A DNA stretch of 64,000 bases from an uncultured Bacilli bacterium (GTDB lineage Bacteria; Bacillota_I; Bacilli_A; RF39; UBA660), in NCBI GenBank assembly GCA_934098745.1, contig CAKOPG010000005.1:4839-68838 (forward strand). The letters are read 5' to 3'. Position numbers and translations under genes: made by a program. This document shows, in pieces, positions 34,752 to 45,096 of this stretch. Under the pieces are notes generated by a model, which worked only from the letters and a program-made list of their open reading frames with translations, was not told the origin of the DNA and did not search any database. Position 1 is the stretch's first letter. Each line of letters starts with the position of its first letter.

Positions 34752-36659
34752 ATGTTTAACAAACACATTCATAAAAGAATTAAAATTATTTTTTTAATAG
34801 TACTTTTTTGTTTTATTTTAATAATCTGTAAAGTTTTTTACATTCAAGTAATTGACTATGATAAATTATCAAATTTAGCTAGTAATCTTTGGAGTAGAAA
34901 TTTAACAATTGGCGCTAATAGAGGAAAAATATTAACAAGTGATAATGTAACTATCGCCGATAATATAACTACCGTATCATTAGTAGTTATACCTAACCAA
35001 ATAAAAGATAAAGAAGCTGTTATTAAAGATTTAGCTAAAATATTAAATACTGAAGAAAGTAAAATAAGTGAACATGTCAACAAGCATTCATCCATTGAAA
35101 TCATTCATCCGGAAGGAAGACAATTACCCTTTGATATAGCTGATAAAATAAATTCTCTTAATTATGAAGGCGTTTATCTTTTAAAAGAGGGAAAAAGATA
35201 TTACCCATATGATAATTTATTTTCTCACTCTCTCGGATACGTTGGTATTGATAATCAAGGACTATCCGGCTTAGAATTAAAATATGATGAATATTTAACT
35301 GGTAAAAGTGGTGCTATTAAATATTTCTCCGATGCTAAAGGTAATAAACTAGATAAAAGTAATGTCTATGTTGAACCAACTAGTGGATTAGATCTTTATT
35401 TAACTATTGACTACGATATTCAATCATCGGTTGAAAGAGAATTAAATAATGTCATGGAAAAATATAATGCCGATGGAGCTTGGGCTATTGTAATGAACCC
35501 CAATAACGGAGAAATTTTAGCCATTGCCTCTAAACCAGATTTTAATCCTACCAACTACAAAGATTACAGTATTGAAGTCATCAACCGTAACCATGCCATC
35601 TGGGCCACCTATGAACCCGGTTCTACATTCAAAATAATTACTCTAGCTGCTTCCGTTGAAGAAAAAACTGTTGATTTATTAACTGATACATTTCATGATA
35701 GTGGTAGTGTCAATGTTGAAGGAGCTCGTATAAAATGTTGGCGTCATGGTGGCCATGGTACCCAAACATATCTTCAAGTAGTTCAAAATTCCTGCAACCC
35801 CGGCTTCGTATCCCTTGGTAATAAATTAGGTAAAGAAAGACTATTCAAATATATCAATAATTTTGGCTTTGGTACCAAAACCGGTATCGATCTAAATGGT
35901 GAAGCTAATGGTATTTTATTTAATCTAAATAATGTCGGTCCTGTCGAACTTGCTACCACTGCTTTTGGCCAAGGTATAAGTGTTACTGCCATTCAACAAA
36001 TAACTGCCGTTTCTGCTGTTATTAATGGTGGAACTCTTTATAAACCATATGTTGTAAAAAGAATCGTCGAACCAAATTCAAAAGAAATAATTAAAGAAAC
36101 TAAACCACAAGTTATAAGAAAAGTAATTAGTAATGAAACAAGTGAAACCGTTCGTATGGCTCTAGAAACTGTCGTAGCATATGGAACCGGAAGAAATGCC
36201 TATATTGAAGGATATCGTGTAGGCGGTAAAACCGGTACAGCTCAAAAAGTAAAAAATGGCGTTTATTTATCTGGTAATTATATCTTATCATTTATTGGTT
36301 TCTTACCCGCCGATAACCCACAAGCCGTCGTATATGTTGCTATCGATAATCCCAAAGGAATCACCCAGTATGGAGGAACCGTATCCGCTCCTATTGCTAA
36401 AAATATCATGTTAGATATCATCGAAAAATTAAAAATTTCTCCCTCTAATGATACCCTTGAAAAAGTTTATAATTGGTATGATACAAAATATGCCAAAGTT
36501 CCTAATGTTATTGGTCTAGAATTAAATGAAGCTAAAAAGCAACTAAAAAGTTTCAATGTCAACTATGCTGGTAATGGTAATATTATTAAATCAATCTCTC
36601 CAAGTCCTAATACAATTATTCCCGAAAATAGTACTATTAAAGTCCTTCTTAGTAATTGA
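34752..36659 (+). CDS. Class B penicillin-binding protein (FtsI/PBP2B/SpoVD-like) with a C-terminal PASTA domain
   Basis: STFK (..YEPGSTFKII..), SCN (..QNSCNPGF..), KTGTA, and a C-terminal PASTA-like VPNVIGLELNEAKKQL... Confidence 0.85.
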   Translation: MFNKHIHKRIKIIFLIVLFCFILIICKVFYIQVIDYDKLSNLASNLWSRNLTIGANRGKILTSDNVTIADNITTVSLVVIPNQIKDKEAVIKDLAKILNTEESKISEHVNKHSSIEIIHPEGRQLPFDIADKINSLNYEGVYLLKEGKRYYPYDNLFSHSLGYVGIDNQGLSGLELKYDEYLTGKSGAIKYFSDAKGNKLDKSNVYVEPTSGLDLYLTIDYDIQSSVERELNNVMEKYNADGAWAIVMNPNNGEILAIASKPDFNPTNYKDYSIEVINRNHAIWATYEPGSTFKIITLAASVEEKTVDLLTDTFHDSGSVNVEGARIKCWRHGGHGTQTYLQVVQNSCNPGFVSLGNKLGKERLFKYINNFGFGTKTGIDLNGEANGILFNLNNVGPVELATTAFGQGISVTAIQQITAVSAVINGGTLYKPYVVKRIVEPNSKEIIKETKPQVIRKVISNETSETVRMALETVVAYGTGRNAYIEGYRVGGKTGTAQKVKNGVYLSGNYILSFIGFLPADNPQAVVYVAIDNPKGITQYGGTVSAPIAKNIMLDIIEKLKISPSNDTLEKVYNWYDTKYAKVPNVIGLELNEAKKQLKSFNVNYAGNGNIIKSISPSPNTIIPENSTIKVLLSN

Positions 36660-36738
36660 CAATAACATGTAAAGTAACTTATATTTAGAAAATATATAAA
36701 TATTTTATGATATAATATCTATGAAAAGGAAGTGGATT

Positions 36739-37731
36739 ATGCTAACTTTAACAAAATCATTATTTGCCATGATGATTGGTTTCCTACTATCAACCGCCTT
36801 TGGTTTAGTAGCTATTCCATTATTAAAAAAGATTAAAGCCGGCCAACGTATAAATATCTATGTTGAAAGTCATTTGCGTAAATCTGGTACTCCTACCATG
36901 GGAGGATTAATCTTTATCATACCAACCATCATTACTACAATTATATTGATTCTAACAGATAAAATAGAATTTTCTGTCAACTTATTAATTGTCATGTTTG
37001 TCTTTATATCATATAGTTTAATCGGCTTTCTAGATGATTACTTAAGTATTAAAAAGAATCAAAATAAAGGATTAACACAAATACAAAAATTAATTCTACA
37101 ATTTATCGTAGCCCTAATATTTTATGTCTTATACCGTAAATATACCAATGCCAATTCTGTCTTAGAAATAACTCTCTTACATATCAAATGGAATCTTGAT
37201 TGGTTTTATGGAATTTTTATCTTACTATTATTAGTAGGTTCATCTAATGCTGTTAACCTAACAGACGGCCTAGATGGTTTAGCCGGTGGCTTGTCAGCTA
37301 TTTCATTCCTAGCCTTTGGCTTAATATCATGGGGTTCCTACTGGATAGAAGGTTATCAAGACATGGGTATCTTTTGTTTCATTTTAGTAGGTTCTATCAT
37401 GGGATTTCTGGTCTATAATACCAACCCTGCCAAAGTATTTATGGGCGATACTGGTAGTCTAACCTTAGGTGCTACCCTTGCTACTATTGCTATTCTTACA
37501 AACCATGAATTATCATTAGCCGTAATAGGTGGTGTTTTTGTAATTGAAACATTAACGGTTATAATTCAAATAACTTCTGTTGTCTTATTCAAGAAAAAAG
37601 TATTTCTAATGACCCCAATTCACCATCACTTTGAAAGACTCGGATGGCGTGAATCAGATATAGTTAAACTATTCTGGATAATCGGTTTCGTTCTTTGCCT
37701 ACTTGCCTTAATATATGGCGTATGGCTATAA
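36739..37731 (+). CDS. mraY: Phospho-N-acetylmuramoyl-pentapeptide transferase
   Basis: ..GTPTMGG.., ..NAVNLTDGLDGLA.., ..FMGDTGSL.., ..TPIHHHFE... Start is taken at MLTLTK after AGGAAG; the track gives 36721. Confidence 0.9.
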   Translation: MLTLTKSLFAMMIGFLLSTAFGLVAIPLLKKIKAGQRINIYVESHLRKSGTPTMGGLIFIIPTIITTIILILTDKIEFSVNLLIVMFVFISYSLIGFLDDYLSIKKNQNKGLTQIQKLILQFIVALIFYVLYRKYTNANSVLEITLLHIKWNLDWFYGIFILLLLVGSSNAVNLTDGLDGLAGGLSAISFLAFGLISWGSYWIEGYQDMGIFCFILVGSIMGFLVYNTNPAKVFMGDTGSLTLGATLATIAILTNHELSLAVIGGVFVIETLTVIIQITSVVLFKKKVFLMTPIHHHFERLGWRESDIVKLFWIIGFVLCLLALIYGVWL

Positions 37732-37756
37732 AAATCTGTTATACAGATTTTTTTTA
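37732..37756 (+). terminator. Terminator after mraY
   Basis: ATCTGT-TAT-ACAGAT followed by T7. Confidence 0.6.
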
Positions 37757-37803
37757 TTTATAATATCTAATTTTCTTTCATATACTTTAATAAGGTTGAT
37801 ACT

Positions 37804-38886
37804 ATGAAAAAAATTGATAAAATTCTTCTTCTATCTGTTATTATTCTATCTTTATTTGGATTATTAATGATATACTCCTCTTCCAATATTTGGGCTCAAT
37901 ATAAATTTAATGATCCCTATAAATATCTAAAATCTCAAAGTATATTCTTAATCCTTGGATACTTTATAATATATATATTTTCTAAAATAGATTACCCCAT
38001 ATATAAAAAATATAGTAATACTATTTTAATTATTTGTTTATCACTCCTTATATTAGTCTTAATACCGGGAATAGGATCCGTTAGAAATGGTTCTCGTAGT
38101 TGGTTTGGAATAGGATCTTTTGGCATACAACCAAGTGAATTTGCTAAACTAGGCTTAATTATCTTTACCTCTAAATACCTCTCTAATAATAAAATTAAAA
38201 ATATTAAAACATCAGTTCTTCCCATTTTAACCATTGTTATTTTAATATTTGGTCTTATTATGCTTCAACCAGATTTTGGTACTGGTGTTATCCTTGTCAT
38301 AACTATTGTTGCATTACTCTTCATATCTGGAGTTAATATGAGTTTCTTTGTCAAAATAGGTTTAGTTGGATTAATTGGTATAGTTATCTTAGTAATTATT
38401 GCTCCATATCGTTTACAAAGAATAACTTCCTTCTTAAATCCTTGGAATGACCCCTTGGGAAGTGGATTTCAAATTATTCAGTCATTATATGCTATTGGAC
38501 CGGGTGGACTTCTAGGCATGGGTTTAGGTAACTCTATTCAAAAACATTTCTATCTACCAGAACCCCAAACAGATTTTATCTTTTCTATTATTAGTGAAGA
38601 ATTAGGTTTTGCTGGAGTATTAATTATTTCATTACTATTTATAACAATCATTTATAGAGGCATAACTATCTCTTTAAAACAAGAAGATAAATTCGCTAAA
38701 TATTTAGCCTTTGGCATATCCTTTAGTTTTGCCTTTCAAACTATTCTTAATCTAATGGTTGTTGTAGGTCTTATCCCTGTTACAGGAGTAACTCTTCCTT
38801 TCTTATCATATGGTGGATCCAGTCTCTTAGTATCTATGACATCCATTGGTATTCTTATAAATATTTCTAAATATAACTCTAAGTAA
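37804..38886 (+). CDS. ftsW: SEDS-family peptidoglycan polymerase (FtsW/RodA/SpoVE)
   Basis: Multi-TM protein. ..QPSEFAKL.., ..PEPQTDFIFS.., ..LPFLSYGGSSL... Located downstream of the PBP gene and mraY. Confidence 0.8.
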   Translation: MKKIDKILLLSVIILSLFGLLMIYSSSNIWAQYKFNDPYKYLKSQSIFLILGYFIIYIFSKIDYPIYKKYSNTILIICLSLLILVLIPGIGSVRNGSRSWFGIGSFGIQPSEFAKLGLIIFTSKYLSNNKIKNIKTSVLPILTIVILIFGLIMLQPDFGTGVILVITIVALLFISGVNMSFFVKIGLVGLIGIVILVIIAPYRLQRITSFLNPWNDPLGSGFQIIQSLYAIGPGGLLGMGLGNSIQKHFYLPEPQTDFIFSIISEELGFAGVLIISLLFITIIYRGITISLKQEDKFAKYLAFGISFSFAFQTILNLMVVVGLIPVTGVTLPFLSYGGSSLLVSMTSIGILINISKYNSK

Positions 38887-38910
38887 AAATACCGTCTTAA
38901 CGGTATTTTA
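38886..38910. terminator. Hairpin between the convergent ftsW and paralog C genes
   Basis: ATACCG-TCTTAA-CGGTAT, flanked by an A-run on the left and a T-run on the right. Confidence 0.5.
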
Positions 38911-38937
38911 TTATCCCCAAGGGACTGACGTAAGATA
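38911..38937. repeat. Conserved 3'-flank motif (copy 3)
   Basis: TTATCCCCAAGGGACTGACGTAAGATA lies 10 nt beyond the stop of paralog C. Confidence 0.7.
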
Positions 38938-38947
38938 AATTATATTA

Positions 38948-40510
38948 TTAAGCAATTGTATATGGATTGCTCCTTGTACCAGTTCCCTCTAATTTAATAT
39001 TTTGTTTAAGATATACTACTGGCTGAACCCCATACACATTATCTACACGATAATCTGCCGGATAATTAGTACCAACACGACCATTGCTACCCACAAAAAA
39101 TACCGTATGTATATAACTTGAAAATGGAGAAATAGTAAATCGTGAGTTAGATGAATTAAATAACCATGAATTACTTGGTTTAGCTCCTTGATCCGTATAA
39201 CAAACATTCATATTATTATAACACGTATCATCAACACCATTTGCAAATGTATAGCTATAATCTGATGGATACATTAATCCGACATATCCATCCCAGTTTA
39301 ACTCTCTATTTGTTGGAACTGTAGTTCCTCTTTCTACAGTATACCAATCACTCGCTCCTTTGGTAGTATTATTCGTTCCTCCCAAATAATATGTTACTTC
39401 ATCTATTTGCGATAATGCCTCATTATTTAATGTCCATGTATTTTTTTTACAACTATATGCTGTTGCCCTAGCTGCAATACTTGCAGGCTTACACCCAATT
39501 TGATACATTATATACCCATTAGCACCTTTTATATAATTTCCATCTAAAGTATATCCCGTTTTTAGCTTATATGTTGTTGGGTTTAACATATACATTAATT
39601 GTGAATCTGTCCAATCATTTGAACCAGAATCACCCGTTGATGAACCAACCGCAAGAGTTTTATAATCAAAATACATACTACCAATAGATGCATCTTTTAT
39701 TATTTTTATTCTTCCATCAAATACTCCAATCATTCGCCATACTTCATTATTATATGTTATATAATTATTAGGCACATTTCCGATATATCTATAATCTGTT
39801 AAAGCCTCTGTTTGCTCTGTTGCTTCATGAGAAAATGTCCACATTTCACCTTTTTCAGTATCCGTTGCTTCAGTATACGTCAACGTACTCGGATTAGCTT
39901 TTTCTATAAGTTTCTGCGCATTTAATAACAACTTATCAGCACAACTTCCATTTAACGATAGACTAAATGTTTGGTTCATTGTCTCACTACTAGTTTCTTT
40001 AGCATCTAACCATATCCATAAATAATACGTATCCACAGTCGTAGATGTATAATCTTTTACATTTAATAAATTTATTTTATCTCCAACTGTTTTGCCCTTA
40101 AAATTACCAGATGAAATAACTCCTAAAGTATTACTAGTACTATTCGTTGTAAAAGCATACATAAAATTATCACTATTAGTTAAACCCGTTCCTATATCTT
40201 TTATATCTAACCATAAATCCAGATAAATAGTTTTACCACTCTTAGTAATTGTTGGGGTAACTTTTACTTCCCTTTTTATATAATTACCAGTTGTACTACT
40301 ACTTACTGTGGTAGGTATTAACGTTACATCATCTGGTGTTATATTACCTCCACCATCAGCCGCACATCTAAAATCACTTGTTACTGTAAATACGACATTA
40401 GTCTTCTCGCTTTCAGATGTTTGCCAAGATAAATAGGCAAAAGTACTACCTACAATTATAAGTATCAATGATAATACCACTAAAATAATAGTCATTCTTT
40501 TACTTTTCAT
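38948..40510 (-). CDS. Secreted/surface protein, paralog C: TasA/CalY-type signal + N-module (type 1) + a different C-terminal head
   Basis: MKSKRMTIILVVLSLILIIVGSTFAYLSW. Residues up to ..LSLNGSCADK are collinear with paralog A. The remainder (..WRMIGVFDG.., ..YGVQPVVYLK..) is unrelated to the A/B head. Start is taken at 40510, since GGAGGAAATT precedes that ATG; the track gives 40522. Confidence 0.75.
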   Translation of the reverse strand: MKSKRMTIILVVLSLILIIVGSTFAYLSWQTSESEKTNVVFTVTSDFRCAADGGGNITPDDVTLIPTTVSSSTTGNYIKREVKVTPTITKSGKTIYLDLWLDIKDIGTGLTNSDNFMYAFTTNSTSNTLGVISSGNFKGKTVGDKINLLNVKDYTSTTVDTYYLWIWLDAKETSSETMNQTFSLSLNGSCADKLLLNAQKLIEKANPSTLTYTEATDTEKGEMWTFSHEATEQTEALTDYRYIGNVPNNYITYNNEVWRMIGVFDGRIKIIKDASIGSMYFDYKTLAVGSSTGDSGSNDWTDSQLMYMLNPTTYKLKTGYTLDGNYIKGANGYIMYQIGCKPASIAARATAYSCKKNTWTLNNEALSQIDEVTYYLGGTNNTTKGASDWYTVERGTTVPTNRELNWDGYVGLMYPSDYSYTFANGVDDTCYNNMNVCYTDQGAKPSNSWLFNSSNSRFTISPFSSYIHTVFFVGSNGRVGTNYPADYRVDNVYGVQPVVYLKQNIKLEGTGTRSNPYTIA

Positions 40511-40526
40511 AATTTCCTCCATTATA

Positions 40527-40551
40527 TCCTTAAGTATAATACTTAAGGACC
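40527..40551. repeat. Inverted repeat, gene-proximal (switch B)
   Basis: TCCTTAAGTATAATACTTAAGGACC is the exact reverse complement of 40697-40721. Confidence 0.9.
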
Positions 40552-40579
40552 TACCTCTATCTTTATTTAACCTATATAA

Positions 40580-40609
40580 ATTATAGCATAAGTGTTTATT
40601 TTCTGTAAA
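40580..40609 (-). promoter_or_regulatory. Sigma-A-type promoter inside switch B, reading toward paralog C
   Basis: The minus strand reads TTTACA-18 nt-TGC-TATAAT. Confidence 0.7.
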
Positions 40610-40696
40610 TATAAAATTGAATTTTTAAAGGTTTTTGAAACATGTAAAATATCTCATAAGTCTTTATAATGTAAGGTATTAGGCTACATACAAAAG

Positions 40697-40721
40697 GGTC
40701 CTTAAGTATTATACTTAAGGA
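40697..40721. repeat. Inverted repeat, gene-distal (switch B)
   Basis: GGTCCTTAAGTATTATACTTAAGGA. The palindrome extends to 40723. Confidence 0.9.
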
Positions 40722-40781
40722 CCTTTTTTATATAAAAATATATTAAAGAAGTGTATTTAACACTCATCTATTAAAGTTATT

Positions 40782-42734
40782 TTATTCACTTTCTAATTCA
40801 AATATAATATCTCTTAATCCCATAGCTCGCTCAAAATCTAATTCCTTAGCCGCATTATTCATTTCTCTAGTCAATTTATCTATTAAATTAGCTTTTTCAC
40901 TCTTACTCATCTTTTCTTTACGTTCTTTTTTACCCTCAGTATCCTCGTTTGAAATTAAATCTCTAATTTCTTTAATAATAGTTTTAGGAACTATTCCATG
41001 TCCTTTATTATATTCTTCTTGTATCTTTCTTCTTCTTGCTGTTTCAGATATTGCTATTTGCATACTATCACTAATCGTATCTGCATACATAATTACTTTA
41101 CCATTACTATTTCTAGCACATCTACCTATCGTTTGAATTAAACTTCTACTACTACGTAAAAATCCTTGCTTATCCGCATCCATTATAGCTATTAATGAAA
41201 CCTCCGGAATATCTATACCTTCCCTTAAAAGGTTAATACCAACTACGACATCATATACTCCAAGTCTTAAATCTCTAATTATTTTCATTCTTTGTAAAGT
41301 CTTAACTTCATTATGTAAATATGCTACTTTAAAATCGGCATCTTTTAAATAATTGGTAAGTTCTTCCGCCATCTTTATCGTAAGCGTCGTAATTAGTACT
41401 CTTTCATTTTTCTCTCTTCTTAGTTCTATTTCATTAATTAAATCATCTATCTGATTTTTACTACCTCTTACCTCAATAAGTGGATCAAGTAATCCTGTAG
41501 GCCTAATAATTTGTTCTACACACTTACCATTTACAAGTTCTAATTCATAATCACCTGGTGTCGCACTAACATATATTGCTTGATTTATTTTCTTATCAAA
41601 TTCATCAAATTTTAAAGGTCTATTATCTAAAGCACTAGGTAGTCTAAACCCATAATCAACAAGATTCATTTTTCTAGCTCTATCTCCATTATACATTCCT
41701 CTTACCTGTGGTAATGTAACATGTGATTCATCAACTACTAGTAAAAAGTCTTTTGGAAAAAAGTCAATTAACGTCGTCGGAGTCTCTCCTTCACCTCTAA
41801 GTGCTAAATGTCTTGAATAATTTTCTACCCCTCTACAAAAACCTGTTTCAAGTAACATTTCCGTATCATAATTAACTCTTTCTCGAAGTCTTTGTTCTTC
41901 AATTAACTTATTATTATCTAAAAAGTATTGTCTCCTCTTTTCTAATTCTTCTCTAATTCTATCTACGGCTTCTTTTAATTTATCATCACTAGTTACAAAG
42001 TGAGATGCTGGAAATATAGACACACTTTTTTTCTCTTTAAGTACAGCTCCAGTTACAACATCAAATTCACATATTCTATCGATTTCATCGCCAAAAAACT
42101 CAATCATAATACCATTTTTTCTCTCGTATGCTGGAATTAATTCAATAACATCTCCTCTTACTCTAAATGTACCTCTATTTAAATCAAATTGACTTCTTTC
42201 ATATAACATTGAAACTAATTTTTCTAAAACCACTTCTCTAGAAATATTATCTCCTTTATTCAAAGTAAGCATCTTATTTTTATATTCTTCTACTTCACCA
42301 ATACCATATATACAAGAAACTGAAGCAATAACTATAACATCTCTTCTAGATAACAAACTAGAAGTAGCTTTATGTCTTAATTCATCTATTTCATCATTAA
42401 TTTTAGCATCTTTTTCTATATAAGTATCTGTACTAGGCACATATGCTTCTGGTTGATAATAATCGTAATATGAAACAAAGTATTCTACTCTATTTTCCGG
42501 AAATAGCTCCTTAAATTCACTATATAATTGTCCTGCTAAAGTTTTATTATGAGCAAGTATTAATGTAGGTTTATCCACTTCTTTTATAACATTAGCTATT
42601 GTAAAAGTTTTACCAGTTCCTGTAGCTCCCAATAATACTTGATCTCTTTTACCTTCTTTTATTCCATTTACTAATTCCTTAATTGCTTCTGGTTGATCAC
42701 CACTAGGTGTATATTTTGATACTAAATTAAACAT
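40782..42734 (-). CDS. uvrB: Excinuclease ABC subunit B
   Basis: ..[10 protein letters not shown].., helicase motifs, C-terminal UVR domain ..[12 protein letters not shown]... 650 aa, with a strong RBS (AAAGGAGG). Confidence 0.95.
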   Translation of the reverse strand: MFNLVSKYTPSGDQPEAIKELVNGIKEGKRDQVLLGATGTGKTFTIANVIKEVDKPTLILAHNKTLAGQLYSEFKELFPENRVEYFVSYYDYYQPEAYVPSTDTYIEKDAKINDEIDELRHKATSSLLSRRDVIVIASVSCIYGIGEVEEYKNKMLTLNKGDNISREVVLEKLVSMLYERSQFDLNRGTFRVRGDVIELIPAYERKNGIMIEFFGDEIDRICEFDVVTGAVLKEKKSVSIFPASHFVTSDDKLKEAVDRIREELEKRRQYFLDNNKLIEEQRLRERVNYDTEMLLETGFCRGVENYSRHLALRGEGETPTTLIDFFPKDFLLVVDESHVTLPQVRGMYNGDRARKMNLVDYGFRLPSALDNRPLKFDEFDKKINQAIYVSATPGDYELELVNGKCVEQIIRPTGLLDPLIEVRGSKNQIDDLINEIELRREKNERVLITTLTIKMAEELTNYLKDADFKVAYLHNEVKTLQRMKIIRDLRLGVYDVVVGINLLREGIDIPEVSLIAIMDADKQGFLRSSRSLIQTIGRCARNSNGKVIMYADTISDSMQIAISETARRRKIQEEYNKGHGIVPKTIIKEIRDLISNEDTEGKKERKEKMSKSEKANLIDKLTREMNNAAKELDFERAMGLRDIIFELESE

Positions 42735-42942
42735 ATTTATTTACCTCCTTTACATTGTTTTGTGACTTTTTAAAAGAATAACTGTCAGCCAACTATTAGT
42801 CCCTAAATTCGTCCTCACTACTTATAATTTAATGGTTAATTGATACTTTTTTCTTTGGGACGAATGAAAGTCACAAATTTTATTTTCTAGAGTAAATAAT
42901 TTAGACGGCATTCCTATTACATTATTTTATCATTTCTTCTCC

Positions 42943-42975
42943 AAAAAAACAAGGTAATCACCAAAATACCCTGTT
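42943..42975 (-). terminator. Terminator after the NUDIX remnant
   Basis: The minus strand reads ACAGGGTA..TACCTTGT (one G-U pair) followed by T7. Confidence 0.6.
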
Positions 42976-43089
42976 CTTATTATCATCTATTTTTTAACTA
43001 AAATACTGTTAATATATTTAAACCCTTTCAAATAATATATTATTCATAACACTGTATATATAATTTGTCATTTTTATCCTAAATATAAA

Positions 43090-43476
43090 TTAAGTAAAAT
43101 CATTTTTATTTACTTTTTTATATATTGGCCTTCCATCTTCAAAAACCAAATAAGTGTTATAAAACTTGTTATAGTATTCTTTAAAAATAAAATAACCCGT
43201 ATCAATTGCTTGCCCATTTGTTATCATTGCTTCGAAAGTAGGAATTGATATCCACTTCACAGCCTGTACTTCATCTTCTTGTAATTTCAATTCATTGCTA
43301 TTAACATTAGATTTCAATAGAAAAACTTCAACAAAATCATTTGTTCTAGCATATGAACCAATAAATTTTAAATCTCTTTTGTCTGCTTTTATTCCTATTT
43401 CTTCCCCTAATTCACGTAAAGCTCCAGAAATTGCATCTTCAAAAGCAATAGCCCCACCTAATGTCGTTCCCCACAT
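43090..43476 (-). pseudogene. NUDIX hydrolase, apparently N-terminally disrupted
   Basis: Nudix box GGAIAFEDAISGALRELGEEIGI. NUDIX-like coding sequence (IINDKGELLIQQRLTTAKKFLN) continues in frame upstream of the first ATG but is closed by stop codons. More N-terminal-like sequence (ELVGIYNDKHEKLNYTKFQIE) lies in another frame. Confidence 0.5.
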
Positions 43477-43661
43477 ATTAAGAAATTTCTTTGCTGTAGT
43501 AAGTCTTTGTTGAATTAATAATTCACCTTTATCATTAATAATTTAAACTCTCTATCTGAAACTTTGTATAATTCAATTTTTCATGTTTATCATTATAAAT
43601 ACCCACTAATTCCACTATATACCTCACATTATTTTGGTCAAATATACACCTTTATAAATTA

Positions 43662-45095
43662 TCAATTTTCTTTTAAAGCCTTTTTTAAATCCATAATTAA
43701 TTTTTTATCAAACTCTTTCTTCTCTTCATCCGTCATTTCGCTCCAATTTTTATTACGATTTTTTGACTCAAAAACTGTTCCTAATGGATAATCAGTACCA
43801 TTGTATTTCTTTTGTAAATTTTGTTTATTCAATGTACCTATATTAACCGATTCAATGTTTTTAACATTACCATCTGGAAAAGCAATTGCAATACTTTGAG
43901 TAAAATGACAATCTAAATTTTTTAGTCCAGCCGTTTTTTTCTGAAGATATAGCCAAAAATCTTCATTCGTCGCATTATCTCCTAATTCTCCTGCCCATCT
44001 TCTCGTAGCAACTCCTGGCTCACCATTTAATTCATGAATATAAAACCCTGTATCATCACCAAGAGTAATTAATCCTGTTAGACTACACCATGTACGTGCT
44101 TTAGCAATAGCATTTTCTCTAGACGATGTTAATCCTTCAGTAATATTAACATCATATGGATAATCTTTAATTGTCTTAATTATAAATTCATCGCCTAAAT
44201 ATAATTTATAATCAGCTATTTTTGCAGAATTTTTACTAGCCAATAATATAGTTTTTTTATCATAATTTGAAACTAATGGTAAAAAACGCTTTTTTATATA
44301 TTCTGTGTATTCATGTAAATTATTATAATAAGGAACCGTTATTAATAACTTTAAATTATAATTAAAATTATCTTTTATTTTATTAATAATTATTCTTTCG
44401 ATATCCAATCTTTTTGATATAGTTATATTTTCTAAATCTTTTGAATCTCTTACAAATAACAACCATGGTTCGATTCTTCTTTCTAAAAATGTCTTAATAC
44501 ATGATTGAATTGTTTTTGTCTTAACATATTCACCATTATATGCTGATTCAGTTAATAAAATAACTTTAGATAGTTTTTCAGCATTTAATCTTTGAATCAT
44601 CGGAGTAAATATAGGATCAACTTCATAATCTGTAATTAACCCTCCTACTTCTATAAAAAGTTTTTGTGGTTTTCCAATATCATTCCACATTTTATGAATA
44701 CGATATTCAACATACAAAGACATATGAGGATTTATTTGTAAATTCTCATTTTCTCCATAATTTTTTATGAAATCACTATATAATTCTCCTCCTAAAAGAT
44801 AATGTTCTCTTCCCCATCTTTTTCCAGTATTAAACGCTTCATATATACCAAAATCATCATGTCCTACTGCCGTATGACGACCATTTTCATTGGTATTTAA
44901 TAAACCATCAAATTTAATTGCATCTGAATTCTCAGTATTAGCTAATAATTGTGCTACCAATGTCCCCTTACCAATATCTGAACGTGGATAACCTAAAATA
45001 AAATAATATTCTGTTTCATTATCCATTGGTTTGTACAAATTTATTAAATTTTGTAATTCTCTTATTGTTTTTCTATTTTCATATACACTACTCAT
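43662..45095 (-). CDS. Fusion protein: CTP-synthase N-terminal (amidoligase) domain homolog without GATase + Ham1/RdgB-type NTP pyrophosphatase domain
   Basis: The N-terminal half matches CTP synthase at three places: ..GYPRSDIGKGTLVAQLL.. (compare SSLGKG), ..IKFDGLLNT.. (compare QKFDPYINVD), ..IEVGGLITDYEVDPIFTPMIQ.. (compare EIGGTVGDIES.PF.EA.RQ). The C-terminal half has ..TILLASKNSAKI.., ..LGDDTGFYIHELNGEPGVATRRWAG.. (compare DDSGL.VDAL.G.PGV.SAR). Confidence 0.65.
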   Translation of the reverse strand: MSSVYENRKTIRELQNLINLYKPMDNETEYYFILGYPRSDIGKGTLVAQLLANTENSDAIKFDGLLNTNENGRHTAVGHDDFGIYEAFNTGKRWGREHYLLGGELYSDFIKNYGENENLQINPHMSLYVEYRIHKMWNDIGKPQKLFIEVGGLITDYEVDPIFTPMIQRLNAEKLSKVILLTESAYNGEYVKTKTIQSCIKTFLERRIEPWLLFVRDSKDLENITISKRLDIERIIINKIKDNFNYNLKLLITVPYYNNLHEYTEYIKKRFLPLVSNYDKKTILLASKNSAKIADYKLYLGDEFIIKTIKDYPYDVNITEGLTSSRENAIAKARTWCSLTGLITLGDDTGFYIHELNGEPGVATRRWAGELGDNATNEDFWLYLQKKTAGLKNLDCHFTQSIAIAFPDGNVKNIESVNIGTLNKQNLQKKYNGTDYPLGTVFESKNRNKNWSEMTDEEKKEFDKKLIMDLKKALKEN

Positions 45096-45096
45096 T

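Larger units (their letters stand above)
40527..40723. promoter_or_regulatory. Candidate invertible promoter element (switch B), promoter pointing into paralog C (ON)
   Basis: 25-nt perfect inverted repeats bracket 145 bp that are homologous to switch A but in the opposite orientation. Confidence 0.75.

Noticed and set aside
40697-40729. Reading the palindromes as nothing more than Rho-independent terminators or operator sites.
   Set aside because: The distal copy in switch B may well also terminate uvrB read-through. However, hairpins alone cannot explain why about 145 bp between them is homologous in opposite orientation at the two loci, with breakpoints exactly at the palindromes.
42735-43089. 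A LexA (Cheo) box upstream of uvrB.
   Set aside because: No CGAAC-N4-GTTCG-like palindrome is present. The only palindromes are the GTGACTTT/AAAGTCAC and ATTCGTCC/GGACGAAT pairs, reported separately.
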